The position numbers and the translations under genes are program-made. The notes beneath the pieces are model-generated. The model searched no databases and was not told the DNA's origin. It saw only the letters and a program-made list of their open reading frames with translations. Positions 50,727-60,244 of a DNA stretch of 64,000 nt are shown here, in pieces. Source of the stretch: an uncultured Bdellovibrionales bacterium (GTDB lineage Bacteria > Patescibacteriota > Minisyncoccia > Moranbacterales > UBA1568); the NCBI GenBank assembly GCA_964436855.1, contig CAYTED010000004.1, positions 3,627-67,626 of the forward strand, in the 5' to 3' direction. Numbering within the stretch: the first letter of the stretch is position 1; each line of letters opens with the position of its first letter.

Positions 50727-53700
50727 TTACGGAGTTACTTCCTTCCAATTAAAGTCCCGTATCTGGCTTGCCGAGCAGCTTGCATTTACCGAGCTGCCAA
50801 AGAGACCATTGCAGTTCCATACGTAGGTTTGTCCCGATCGGGAGAAGTTTGCAACAGCGCCACCCGAACAGAGATCGGAACTTGAACTTGAAAGCGCCTC
50901 GAAAGAACCTCCGTTTGCTGATCCGCAAGATCCATTTTCAGAGTTGTGCGTGTATTGGGCGGTAACGGTTTCATTCGTATTGATCGTTTGAGTACAGGTG
51001 GTACCCGCCGGACTATCGCAGCCGGCAAAGCTCTGGAAGGTATAGGGGCCACCGGCGGTCGTGGTGATGGTACGTACTTGTCCGGAAGGGATGTTGGATT
51101 CCGAGATGAGGCCTCCTGTTTTTGTGGTGCTCGTCGCATCAATCCAAGAAACGGTTGCAGCGACACTCGGACAATTAAGGCAGCTTGTCTGTCCGGTAAG
51201 AGTGTATTTGTTCTGGATGGCAGAACAGGCATTCGGGAGAGTGCTTATCCCTCCTCCTGAACCTGAACAGCCCCAGGTAAAGCCAGTACTGGTTCCAGTG
51301 AGAATGCCTCCGGTGAGGGTTCCTGTAGCACAAAGTCCGGGAGAAGAAGGTGAGAGCGTATCAAGGGAAAGCCCGTTCGCAGAACCGCAACTCCCATTTA
51401 TAACGGGAGCGATTACCGCTTGAGCGGTGGACCATGTGGAGAATCCCCCCTTACTGTCTTCAGTGCGAACACGGAAGGTGTAAGTATTAGCTGTAGACCA
51501 GAGATAGGGTGGATTACTCAAAGTCTGACCAGTGCCGGATGCGACGTATCCCGGGCTGGGAGCATAGTAGTCGACAATCGTGTCATTGTTCCAGTCAATG
51601 GCGTAGCGAATTGAGTCATTGTCTGGGTCAGTTCCTTGAAAGGTAAAGGGGTAGCTTGTATTGGTGTTGCCACTGAAGGGTTGCGGGGTGATGGTGGGAG
51701 GGGCGGGATTGTTGTTGGTGGAGATGGCGGTCAAGTTGAAGGTGATGGTTTGGGGCGGAATAATAATTGGATCATGATCCGGCCTATCCCATCCCCATGG
51801 GTAGCTTAATCTCGTATCTAAAGAATAGAAGTAGGGGTTATCCCCCAACCAGCAGTCATCTGCATACAAACACCCGTCATTTATATTATTTCCGGCACTA
51901 TCAAACCAATACCCATATCCCATATTTTGAGAACGAGCATAATAAGTACCAAGAAACCTGTTAAAATAGTATAGCCAAAACTTCGCTCGAGTTTGAGGAA
52001 ATTGAACTGAAACAGATATAATGCCAGGTCCGGTTACGGTACAATTGGCTCCCATACAAGCAACGGGTCCGGTAAAATTGAGTTGTGGAGTAGGTGGATG
52101 AACAGAAAAATAATACCAACCAAAATGAGAATCGTCTCTTGGTGGAGCATCTGCATTTTGAGTCCAGTATCCACAGGGAGTATCCCACCCGGATCCGGTA
52201 ATCCACCACTGAATATCACAATTTTGAAGGCCTTTTGGAATAACAGAAAATGTACTACCGACCGGAATGCTATCACCATCATTCAAAAGGGCCGCACCCT
52301 GTTGAATGGATGCGCCGTACAAAACCGAAGCCTGCCCATTCTCGTATGTCGGATCAATGCTTCCCTGCCTTGGAAATCCCAATGGTAGCGATGTCCACGT
52401 CACACTCTTCGCCTCCACTCCTTTCCCCAGAAGTAATCCCGATGAAAGCACGAGAAGGAAAAGCGTCATTTTCATTCCGGTGTTCATCGGAGTCGTCGGT
52501 CCGTTTCCATCCTGATTCTTGTGGTGTCTCCAGATGAGGAAAAGAATTCCTCCGATCGAGAGAAGAGCGATCAGTCCAGAGAATATGGTTTTGTTGTTTG
52601 ATGCTTTGCTCATTGTTCCCTTTCCGTCGTTTTGCGCCCCGGGACACATCTTCGGATCAATATCCTTGCAACGATAGGTTTGGGTGACGGTATCCACCAC
52701 TTTCCCATTGTTCTTGAGGAGAGTGGTCAAATTCACATTGCCGGTTGTTTTCGTCGGAGTGAAAGACTGTTTCACACCCATCATCGCACCAGTAATGGCC
52801 CCTTCGTAGGTATAGGTGTGGATCGTTTCTCCGGTATCGGCATCGGTGAGAGAAAGGGTGATTTCGTTCCCGTCGATCTTCGGGAGATTGGTGCTGTGCA
52901 CACAGGAGAAGAGAGCGTTTTCTTTTCCTTTCTCAATTGGGAAGCTTGTGATGCTTGGGAAGTTCAGGCGCATCTCGGGAATACCCTCTCGAACAAAGCG
53001 AATATTGAGTATCGATGAGGCATCCTGATCCTTTGCTTCAACAAGAAGATAAGAGACCGAACCCTTTGCTTGGGTAGTGGTGTAGGAGAGAGACTTTGTT
53101 TCTTTTCCTTTGAGCGTGACGAGCTCGGTTTTTTGATCAAGTTTGTTGTCTTGACGAAGTCCGTCCCAATTAAAGAGGGTCCAGATGAGTGCGATTGTTT
53201 TTGGTTCACTCGAAGGGTTTATGAGGGTTACTTCTGTCGTCACGGGTTCATCCTTCGTAAAGTGTGGTGGGAATGCGGAAAAGTGGTAGTCTTTCTTGTT
53301 GAGAGTGACGGTGTGTTTGTTGAAGGTTACTTGGTTTTGATTCGATGAAGTAACCTTGAAGCCTGCTTTGTTTCCCGTCACATCATCGGTGAAGGTAAGC
53401 CCCAGGAGATTAAAGCGGTCATTCGTAACAAAGAAGAAATCCGCCTCGTAATCGCCGCCGGAAAGCGTATTGGGAACATCGTAAGAAAACGAGAAATCTT
53501 TCTCGCTTTTTGCGGGGAGAGCGATATCCTTTCCCGCCTCAAAGAAGGCAACCATCGGGTAGCCGTTCTGGTGAATCTTAGAGTCTTCCCCTTCTTTCTT
53601 AAAGATCTTCACATAAACGGAACCGCTGATGATTGGGTAGGGATTGTCATTCTTCAATTTTCCGGTAAAGGTAAGAGGTACGCCAGGAATGGTTTGTGTC

Positions 53701-54020
53701 AACGTTGGCGAGAGATCGACTTGAATGGAACCAAAGTGATAATCATCAAAGCAGTTACTCGTCCCCTCCGGAAGAATGGCTCCTCCGGCGGAAGGTGCGG
53801 GGAGGGCGGTCCGGATCTTCTCTTTTTCTTCGTCGGTAAGAGTGGTTTGGTCTTTTTGCAGGAGAACTCTTACTTCCGGGGAGAGATTCGTGGGTGTTGG
53901 TTTGGAAATCTGCGCAGAGACAGGAAGAGTGAAAACGAAAACACAAAGAAACGCGAATAGAAAAACTTTTTTATTCATAGTTCTTTTATTATTCTTTTTT
54001 TTACTGTCCATTGACTCCAT
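50727..54020 (-). CDS. large surface protein (signal peptide, Ig-like region, TM, internal signal peptide, Cys-rich repeats)
   Basis: AGGAGG SD; two NGSCGSANG repeats; ends WKEVTP. Confidence 0.85.
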   Translation of the reverse strand: MESMDSKKKNNKRTMNKKVFLFAFLCVFVFTLPVSAQISKPTPTNLSPEVRVLLQKDQTTLTDEEKEKIRTALPAPSAGGAILPEGTSNCFDDYHFGSIQVDLSPTLTQTIPGVPLTFTGKLKNDNPYPIISGSVYVKIFKKEGEDSKIHQNGYPMVAFFEAGKDIALPAKSEKDFSFSYDVPNTLSGGDYEADFFFVTNDRFNLLGLTFTDDVTGNKAGFKVTSSNQNQVTFNKHTVTLNKKDYHFSAFPPHFTKDEPVTTEVTLINPSSEPKTIALIWTLFNWDGLRQDNKLDQKTELVTLKGKETKSLSYTTTQAKGSVSYLLVEAKDQDASSILNIRFVREGIPEMRLNFPSITSFPIEKGKENALFSCVHSTNLPKIDGNEITLSLTDADTGETIHTYTYEGAITGAMMGVKQSFTPTKTTGNVNLTTLLKNNGKVVDTVTQTYRCKDIDPKMCPGAQNDGKGTMSKASNNKTIFSGLIALLSIGGILFLIWRHHKNQDGNGPTTPMNTGMKMTLFLLVLSSGLLLGKGVEAKSVTWTSLPLGFPRQGSIDPTYENGQASVLYGASIQQGAALLNDGDSIPVGSTFSVIPKGLQNCDIQWWITGSGWDTPCGYWTQNADAPPRDDSHFGWYYFSVHPPTPQLNFTGPVACMGANCTVTGPGIISVSVQFPQTRAKFWLYYFNRFLGTYYARSQNMGYGYWFDSAGNNINDGCLYADDCWLGDNPYFYSLDTRLSYPWGWDRPDHDPIIIPPQTITFNLTAISTNNNPAPPTITPQPFSGNTNTSYPFTFQGTDPDNDSIRYAIDWNNDTIVDYYAPSPGYVASGTGQTLSNPPYLWSTANTYTFRVRTEDSKGGFSTWSTAQAVIAPVINGSCGSANGLSLDTLSPSSPGLCATGTLTGGILTGTSTGFTWGCSGSGGGISTLPNACSAIQNKYTLTGQTSCLNCPSVAATVSWIDATSTTKTGGLISESNIPSGQVRTITTTAGGPYTFQSFAGCDSPAGTTCTQTINTNETVTAQYTHNSENGSCGSANGGSFEALSSSSSDLCSGGAVANFSRSGQTYVWNCNGLFGSSVNASCSASQIRDFNWKEVTP

Positions 54021-54382
54021 AATACTCCTCCCTAAGACATTTATGCAAGCCATTTTGGCCCAAATAAAAAACAAAGACGACCTCGCCACTGTTTTTCAAA
54101 CATTTCAGTTCCGCCAAAATCAATCTGTACACAATTCTCCACGACCGCTTATTTTTGCGTACAACGCTCAAGACAACAGTATCAAATCGTGTTCAGCTTC
54201 TATTGGTTCCCGTTACGCCGGAAGTTTTTGTTGATTAGGTTGTATCAATTTGAGACGATCGTTATGTGTTGATATGGTGTTTTTGAAAAAAGATTGAAAA
54301 AGAAGGAAACACAAAAACAGCCCCGGCGGAATGTCGGGACTGTTATTTCATTTCGTCTCACGCCACATTCTTCACCTCTCGT

Positions 54383-55642
54383 TTATTTCTTCATCTTCCG
54401 GCGGATAAAGGCGGGGATTTCAAGATCATCGTCATCCTCCGCGATTTCCTTCACATCATTTCGCGATGTAAACGCGCGCGGCTGAATCTTTTCCTCGATA
54501 ATAAGCGGGGTTGGTTCAATTTTCCGAGTTGGAAACGTTATCCGATCATCAACTTCCGGTTCGGAAAAAACAATCGGAGATTTCATTGTCGCCGCTTCTT
54601 CTTCTCGTTCCATTGCTGTTTTCACGGTAGCAGATGGTGCTTGGGTATTGTTTACCCGGGTCAGCAACCCAGGGGCCTCCTTCACGCGATTCGTATCAAA
54701 ACCGGTCGCGACCACGGTAATTTTAATTTCACCCTTCCGAATTCCCTCATTCACTGCTGTACCGAAAATCACCTTCGCGTTCGGATCGATATTTTCCGTC
54801 ACAAGATTCGCCGCCTCATGCACCTCAAGCATGGTCAAATCAGGACCGGAGATATTCAAGAGTACTCCCTTCGCGCCGTCAATCGAAAGCTCGAGGAGTG
54901 GGCTATTGATCGCCGCTTTGGCCGCCTCACTCGCACGATTGTCACCCGACGCAACACCGATACCCATAAGGGCGCTTCCGCTGTCTTGCATAATGGTTCG
55001 CACATCCGCAAAGTCGACATTCACCTCGCCCGGATTCGTAATAAGATCGGAAATACCCTCAACACCCTGTCGGAGTACATCATCGACAATTCGAAATGCC
55101 GAGACAAGCGTTGTTTTCCGGTCAATAATAGAAAGAAGCCGATCATTCGGAATCGTAATCAACGAATCTACGCGATCTCGCAAATTTTCAAGCGCCTCGT
55201 CGGCAATCGCTCGGCGTTGCGCGCCTTCAAAAGAAAATGGTTTTGTTACCACAGCAACCGTGAGCGCGCCAAGCTCTTTTGCCGTTTCCGCGACAATCGG
55301 GGCCGCACCCGATCCGGTTCCACCGCCAAGACCACACGCGACAAACACCATATCCGCTCCCTTCAATACTTCTTGAATTTCATCGCGATTTTCCTCCGCA
55401 GCTTGACGACCTACCTCCGGATTCATTCCCGCGCCAAGTCCCTTGGTAAGATTTTTTCCGATATGCACTTTTTCATTTGCCTTCGAATGATGAAGCGCCT
55501 GCGCATCAGTATTGATCGCCACAAATTCCACTCCTTTGATTTTCGAATCGATCATTCGTGAAATGGCGTTCCCTCCGGATCCCCCAACTCCCACGACTTT
55601 GATTTTTGCAAATGTTTCTATATCCGGTTTGATTTCTGCCAT
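54383..55642 (-). CDS. ftsZ: cell division protein FtsZ
   Basis: GGGTGSG tubulin motif, [14 protein letters not shown]. Confidence 0.98.
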   Translation of the reverse strand: MAEIKPDIETFAKIKVVGVGGSGGNAISRMIDSKIKGVEFVAINTDAQALHHSKANEKVHIGKNLTKGLGAGMNPEVGRQAAEENRDEIQEVLKGADMVFVACGLGGGTGSGAAPIVAETAKELGALTVAVVTKPFSFEGAQRRAIADEALENLRDRVDSLITIPNDRLLSIIDRKTTLVSAFRIVDDVLRQGVEGISDLITNPGEVNVDFADVRTIMQDSGSALMGIGVASGDNRASEAAKAAINSPLLELSIDGAKGVLLNISGPDLTMLEVHEAANLVTENIDPNAKVIFGTAVNEGIRKGEIKITVVATGFDTNRVKEAPGLLTRVNNTQAPSATVKTAMEREEEAATMKSPIVFSEPEVDDRITFPTRKIEPTPLIIEEKIQPRAFTSRNDVKEIAEDDDDLEIPAFIRRKMKK

Positions 55643-55770
55643 ATCGTTCGGCGATTATTGTATATCTCCTTACTGAAAATGAGAAAAAAAGCTTCTTCGG
55701 CTTGTCGGCCACTGTACCACGTCAAAAAAACCGATGTCAAGCGGCCACTTCGGTTGTGTTTTTTGTTTTA

Positions 55771-55932
55771 GAGCCTGTCCAAGAAATCCGTATTCTGCTG
55801 CAATTCCATTTTTTTGGCTGCAAAAAGTTCAGATCTCGTCAGGTTATATCTTCATATAGCCCTCCTCCATCTTCACTTTTTTCGCTCAACAACATGGAAT
55901 TTCGCGACGAAAGAGATTTCTTGGACAGGCTC
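55771..55932 (-). mobile_element. ~160-bp MITE-like element, copy 3
   Basis: perfect 18-bp TIR GAGCCTGTCCAAGAAATC; TTA direct repeats on both sides. Confidence 0.85.
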
Positions 55933-55949
55933 TTACCGGATTCAGTATA

Positions 55950-57212
55950 TCACGGAAGGAATTTATTGAAAAATTGCTTCGCTTTTTTCCCCATTTCAAG
56001 GGCTTTTTCCGGCATCATATTGAGCATCACCGACGACGCGCCTCCTTGCGAAGCATCAAATCGATGTTCGTATGAAGAAAGGAGCGCGCCAACCGCCGCC
56101 GAACAAAGCGGTGTGTCCACCTGATCAAAAAGTCCGCCAAGCGGCTGCGGTCCACCGATATGTACCGGCAACCGAAGAACATCTTTCGCGAGCTCGATCG
56201 TTCCCGGAAGAAGCATCGTCCCGCCAGTGAGGATTGCACCCCCGGGGAGCAATCCTTCTTTCCCCGCTTGTTTCAATTCATCATTCACGAATTGAAAAAT
56301 CTCTTCGAAGCGCGCTTCAATAATTTCCGCGACATGACGACGCGACACCAATCCTTCTTCATTCGAATCAAATGCGGAAAGATCGATCTCTTCCCGACGA
56401 TCCACACTTTCGGGGAGCGCGTGTCCGTACGCAAGTTTAAGCGCCTCGGCAACTTCTATCGACGTACGCAAACCAATCGCGATATCGTTCGTAATATGAC
56501 CGCCCCCAACCGGAAGCGCGGCAATATGAATCAGCTCCCCTTCCTCAAAAATGGCAATGGAGGTTGTCCCACTTCCCGCAAGCACAAGAACCGATCCAAG
56601 CTCCTTTTGTTTCTCGGTAAGTACAGCCTGTGCGGCAGCGAGCGGTGCTGCTACAAGACCAAGTAGATTCACTTTTGCAATCTCAAACATCCGTGTCACA
56701 TTCCGGTATGCGAGACTCCCCATTCCAATCACAAGCGCATCCACTTCAAGTCGAACCCCCTTCATCCCAATCGGACTCTGGAGGTTTTTCTGATCGTCAA
56801 GCCGATAACTCTTCGGAACAACATAGAGAATTTCTTGATTCGGCGTAAGCGATGCCTTGGAATGCGCCTCGCCAAGCGCGCGATTCACATCGTCTTCGGT
56901 TACCTCTCCATCCGCAAGCGATACCGCAACGACTCCCTGCGCCGATTGCGAAAAAATATCCGCTCCAGAAAACGAAGCGATAACATTTTCCACGCGCACT
57001 CCCGACATTTTTTCCGCCCGTTCTACAGCACTTGCAAGTGCCTTTGCCGCCTCATCAGGGTTAATCACCACTCCTCGCCGGATCCCAGATGCAGAACATT
57101 CTCCGATACCAATAATCCGGAGAACCCCCCGATCTTCATTTTCTTCTCCAATAATAACCCGGACAGTGGATGAGCCGATATCAATACCGGTAAAAATATC
57201 TTTTTTCGCCAT
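55950..57212 (-). CDS. ftsA: cell division protein FtsA
   Basis: GIDIGSS, GGGHITNDI, LTGG. Confidence 0.96.
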   Translation of the reverse strand: MAKKDIFTGIDIGSSTVRVIIGEENEDRGVLRIIGIGECSASGIRRGVVINPDEAAKALASAVERAEKMSGVRVENVIASFSGADIFSQSAQGVVAVSLADGEVTEDDVNRALGEAHSKASLTPNQEILYVVPKSYRLDDQKNLQSPIGMKGVRLEVDALVIGMGSLAYRNVTRMFEIAKVNLLGLVAAPLAAAQAVLTEKQKELGSVLVLAGSGTTSIAIFEEGELIHIAALPVGGGHITNDIAIGLRTSIEVAEALKLAYGHALPESVDRREEIDLSAFDSNEEGLVSRRHVAEIIEARFEEIFQFVNDELKQAGKEGLLPGGAILTGGTMLLPGTIELAKDVLRLPVHIGGPQPLGGLFDQVDTPLCSAAVGALLSSYEHRFDASQGGASSVMLNMMPEKALEMGKKAKQFFNKFLP

Positions 57213-57336
57213 AAGAAAAACGGATGTATCGCCATCCAACAATCATTTTGTTTTTGAATCCCCGAAAGAAGGGCGCCAAAATAGCACGCCTCCTTGAAAA
57301 CAGTATACCTGAAAACGGCTTTTTTCAAAATATTCT

Positions 57337-57693
57337 TCAGATCACGCCAAGGACTTTCGGGAGAAAAATAACGATGCCAACAAGAAAAGAAGCAAGCGCC
57401 GCAACCAACACCGCTCCCGCCATAACATCTTTCGCAACCTTCGCATATGGATGAACGCGAGGCTTGAGCATATCCACCATCCGTTCAAAAGCTGTATTCA
57501 CCAATTCAAGAACAAGAACAATGCCGACCGCCAAAAAAAGAGTGGTTTGTTCAAACACAGAAAGATCGAAAAAAAACGCCAAGAAAAAGACGAGCACCGC
57601 GAAGAGCGCCTCAATCTGAAAATTATGCTCTCGCTTCAGCGCATACAAAATACCCTGCAGAGCATTCCGAAAGCTTCGAAAAAATTGATTCAT
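57337..57693 (-). CDS. dgkA: diacylglycerol/undecaprenol kinase
   Basis: EHNF, ELVNTAFE..VD, AKDVMAGAV. Confidence 0.9.
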   Translation of the reverse strand: MNQFFRSFRNALQGILYALKREHNFQIEALFAVLVFFLAFFFDLSVFEQTTLFLAVGIVLVLELVNTAFERMVDMLKPRVHPYAKVAKDVMAGAVLVAALASFLVGIVIFLPKVLGVI

Positions 57694-58166
57694 GACTTTG
57701 CTTTTTTCTGACGTGGTGCGTATGCGGCTGCAATCGCTTCTTGTATCGCAAACATTGTTTCTCCGTGACGAAATCCGAGTAAGTGAAGAATTCCGTGCGA
57801 AAAAACAAATGCCATTTCCTCCTCGGTCGTTACTCCGTCTTCTCGCGCCGCCTCCGTAATAAATGACTCACAGAAAACGACTTCCCCGAGAGAGATTGCT
57901 TTTTGTGTCTCATTTGCAATCGCCTTCCGATTCGGATACTCGTAAAATGAGAGGATGTCCGTTGTCCGGTCTTTCCCTCGCGTTTCCCGGTTGAGCGATC
58001 GGATTTCATCAGCATCGACCGATACGGCACTCACCGAAACCTCTTTCTCCAGCATACCACGAATCTTGCTTCGGTGAAGCGTCTCGGATAAAACCGTTCG
58101 ATAGAAAGACGGCGGAAACAACCTTTTTTTCTTGGTTCGAAAGAGAATATCGAGAGTCACTGACAT
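57690..58166 (-). CDS. ybeY: rRNA maturation RNase YbeY
   Basis: TDILSF, HGILHLLGFRH. Confidence 0.93.
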   Translation of the reverse strand: MSVTLDILFRTKKKRLFPPSFYRTVLSETLHRSKIRGMLEKEVSVSAVSVDADEIRSLNRETRGKDRTTDILSFYEYPNRKAIANETQKAISLGEVVFCESFITEAAREDGVTTEEEMAFVFSHGILHLLGFRHGETMFAIQEAIAAAYAPRQKKAKS

Positions 58167-58170
58167 AATA

Positions 58171-58260
58171 ATGAATTTTGAATACGAAATTTTAAATCAA
58201 TTTTTAATTTTAAAAATTCGAAATTCAATCAAAATTCAAAATTAAGAAATTGAAAATTTT
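58171..58260. repeat. heptamer-periodic AT-rich palindrome
   Basis: GAATTTT and AAATTC(A/G)A units. Confidence 0.7.
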
Positions 58261-58269
58261 CTCTCTTTC

Positions 58270-58722
58270 TTAAGAGAGTATTTTTTCCACCATCGCCCGA
58301 ACCGCGTTCCCGTCCGCGCGTCCCGCAACTTTTTTCATAGCGACACCCATCGCCTTCCCCATATCGGCCTTCCCGATTGCGCCACTCTCCGCAATTGCCT
58401 CCCGAACAAGCGCGGTAAGTTCCTCTTCCGGCATTGCCGTCGGCAAAAAAGCCTCGAGAATCGCAATCTCGCCCTTCTCTTTCTCCGCGAGATCCGCCCG
58501 CCCGCCCGATTCGAACTGTGTCACACTTTCTTTGCGCTGTTTTACAAGCCTCCGAACAACCACGAGCGATTCTTCATCCGAGAAATCCTGCGGTTGCTTC
58601 ATTTTTTCAATCGCCTCGTTTTTCATCGCGCTCTGCAGCATCCGAAAAACATCCCGTTTTGCCGCATCTCCCGATTTCATCGCCTCTTTCAATTGACTCC
58701 CGACCGTTTCATACAGTGACAT
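58270..58722 (-). CDS. GatB/YqeY domain protein
   Basis: LKEAMKSGD, KQRKES..F..GGR.DL, DMGKAMG. Confidence 0.93.
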   Translation of the reverse strand: MSLYETVGSQLKEAMKSGDAAKRDVFRMLQSAMKNEAIEKMKQPQDFSDEESLVVVRRLVKQRKESVTQFESGGRADLAEKEKGEIAILEAFLPTAMPEEELTALVREAIAESGAIGKADMGKAMGVAMKKVAGRADGNAVRAMVEKILS

Positions 58723-58941
58723 AGATTTTCCATTAGAAGTTCAATCCCTTTCGATTGTAGCCATTTCTCATCAAACTTTCAATGCATCAATGCGCGGAGA
58801 AAATAACGAATAAGACATTCTTGCTTGCGACGATAAAAGGTTACAGAAACCTCGCAGCACAGCAGCTCGCCAAACGCAGGAGTCTTTCATTTTTCAACCA
58901 AAAACCCCGATTGCTCGGGGCCTTGAAAATTTGAAAAAAAT

Positions 58942-59376
58942 TTATCGTTTGCTCCACTGTGGCGCGCGACGAGCTTTCTTTAAGCCCGGCTTCTTTCGTT
59001 CTACCGCACGAGCATCGCGAGAAAGAAATCCTGCCGCCTTGAGAAGCGGTCGGAGTCCGAGATCATGCTTCACGAGTGCGCGAGCGATGCCAAGCTTGAC
59101 CGCATCCGCTTGTCCGCTTTTCCCGCCGCCACGAGCAAGAATCGTCGCTCGAAACTGGCCTTCCGCTCCGATTGTCTTGAGTGGGGCGAGCGCAGAAGCT
59201 TCTTCGCGAGTCGTGGTAAAGTAGGTCTTCAGAAGTTTCCCGTTCACGAGAATATCCGAATCCTTTTCCTTTTCGGAAAGAGGAAATAACCGCACTTCCG
59301 CAACGGCCGTCTTTCGTCGCCCAACCGCGTACACATACCGTGTTTCAATTTTCTTCTCCGCTTGCTTCGTTGCCAT
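58942..59376 (-). CDS. rpsI: 30S ribosomal protein S9
   Basis: GRRKTAVA, KKARRAPQWSKR. Confidence 0.97.
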   Translation of the reverse strand: MATKQAEKKIETRYVYAVGRRKTAVAEVRLFPLSEKEKDSDILVNGKLLKTYFTTTREEASALAPLKTIGAEGQFRATILARGGGKSGQADAVKLGIARALVKHDLGLRPLLKAAGFLSRDARAVERKKPGLKKARRAPQWSKR

Positions 59377-59403
59377 ACGAGTTCTTCGTCAAAAAGTCAA
59401 AAA

Positions 59404-59823
59404 TCAGTGAGTTATATCGATCTTATGCGTATGATCCGCATTTTCAAAAATAAAAAGTCGCTTTAACATCCGATCCCGAAGAAGGTTTTTCGGGAGCATA
59501 TTGTATATCGCCTGATGCACCACTTTCCGAGAATCCCGCTTCATCGCCTCCTTCAGAGTGCGTGAAGTCATACCACCCGGATATCCGCTGTAGTGATGAT
59601 ACATTTTCTGATCCGCTTTTCGTCCGGTCGCCTGTATACCATCGGAATTAATAAGGACGACATAATCTCCCTTATCGAAATTCGGCTCATAATCAACCTT
59701 CACCTTCCCGGAAAGCACGCCCGCAACCTCGGTCGCAAGACGCCCCAAAACCTTCCCTTGCGCATCAAACAAGTGGAATTGCCTTGTAATCGTTCGTTTT
59801 CCCTTCTGTTCGGTAGTTGCCAT
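59404..59823 (-). CDS. rplM: 50S ribosomal protein L13
   Basis: DAQGKVLGRLA, HYSGYPGG, MLPKN. Confidence 0.96.
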   Translation of the reverse strand: MATTEQKGKRTITRQFHLFDAQGKVLGRLATEVAGVLSGKVKVDYEPNFDKGDYVVLINSDGIQATGRKADQKMYHHYSGYPGGMTSRTLKEAMKRDSRKVVHQAIYNMLPKNLLRDRMLKRLFIFENADHTHKIDITH

Positions 59824-59842
59824 ACGTTTCTTCGCCTCGCAA

Positions 59843-60208
59843 TTATACAAATTCAATGATTGCCATTCTTGCCGCATCTGATTTTCGGGCCTCAAGCTTT
59901 ATTACTCGCGTATACCCGCTTGAACGATCGGAAAACCGATTTGAAAAATCTCCGGAAAGTTTCCGTACCGCCACCTTCGGAAGTCGCGATTCAAGATCCC
60001 GAAGGACGGAGAGTTTTTTCGACTCATCAGCCTTCAGACGCTTTGCCTTTCCAATAAGAGGGTCAATCAGACGCTTCAATTCCTTCGCCTTCGCTTCGGT
60101 CGTCTTGATCTTTTCTTTCAAAATCAAGCTTCCAAGAAGCGTCTTCAGGAGCGCCTTTCGAACCCGTCTCACTCGATTGAATTTTCTTCCAACACTTCGA
60201 TGATTCAT
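59843..60208 (-). CDS. rplQ: 50S ribosomal protein L17
   Basis: IKTTEAKAKE, GYTRVIK. Confidence 0.96.
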   Translation of the reverse strand: MNHRSVGRKFNRVRRVRKALLKTLLGSLILKEKIKTTEAKAKELKRLIDPLIGKAKRLKADESKKLSVLRDLESRLPKVAVRKLSGDFSNRFSDRSSGYTRVIKLEARKSDAARMAIIEFV

Positions 60209-60244
60209 ACGACTTTCACAGACAATCCCGTTTCGATATTCTGA

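Noticed and set aside
51755-52270. Diversity-generating retroelement
   Set aside because: No reverse transcriptase and no TR/VR pair seen in this window; kept only as a variable-cassette hypothesis.
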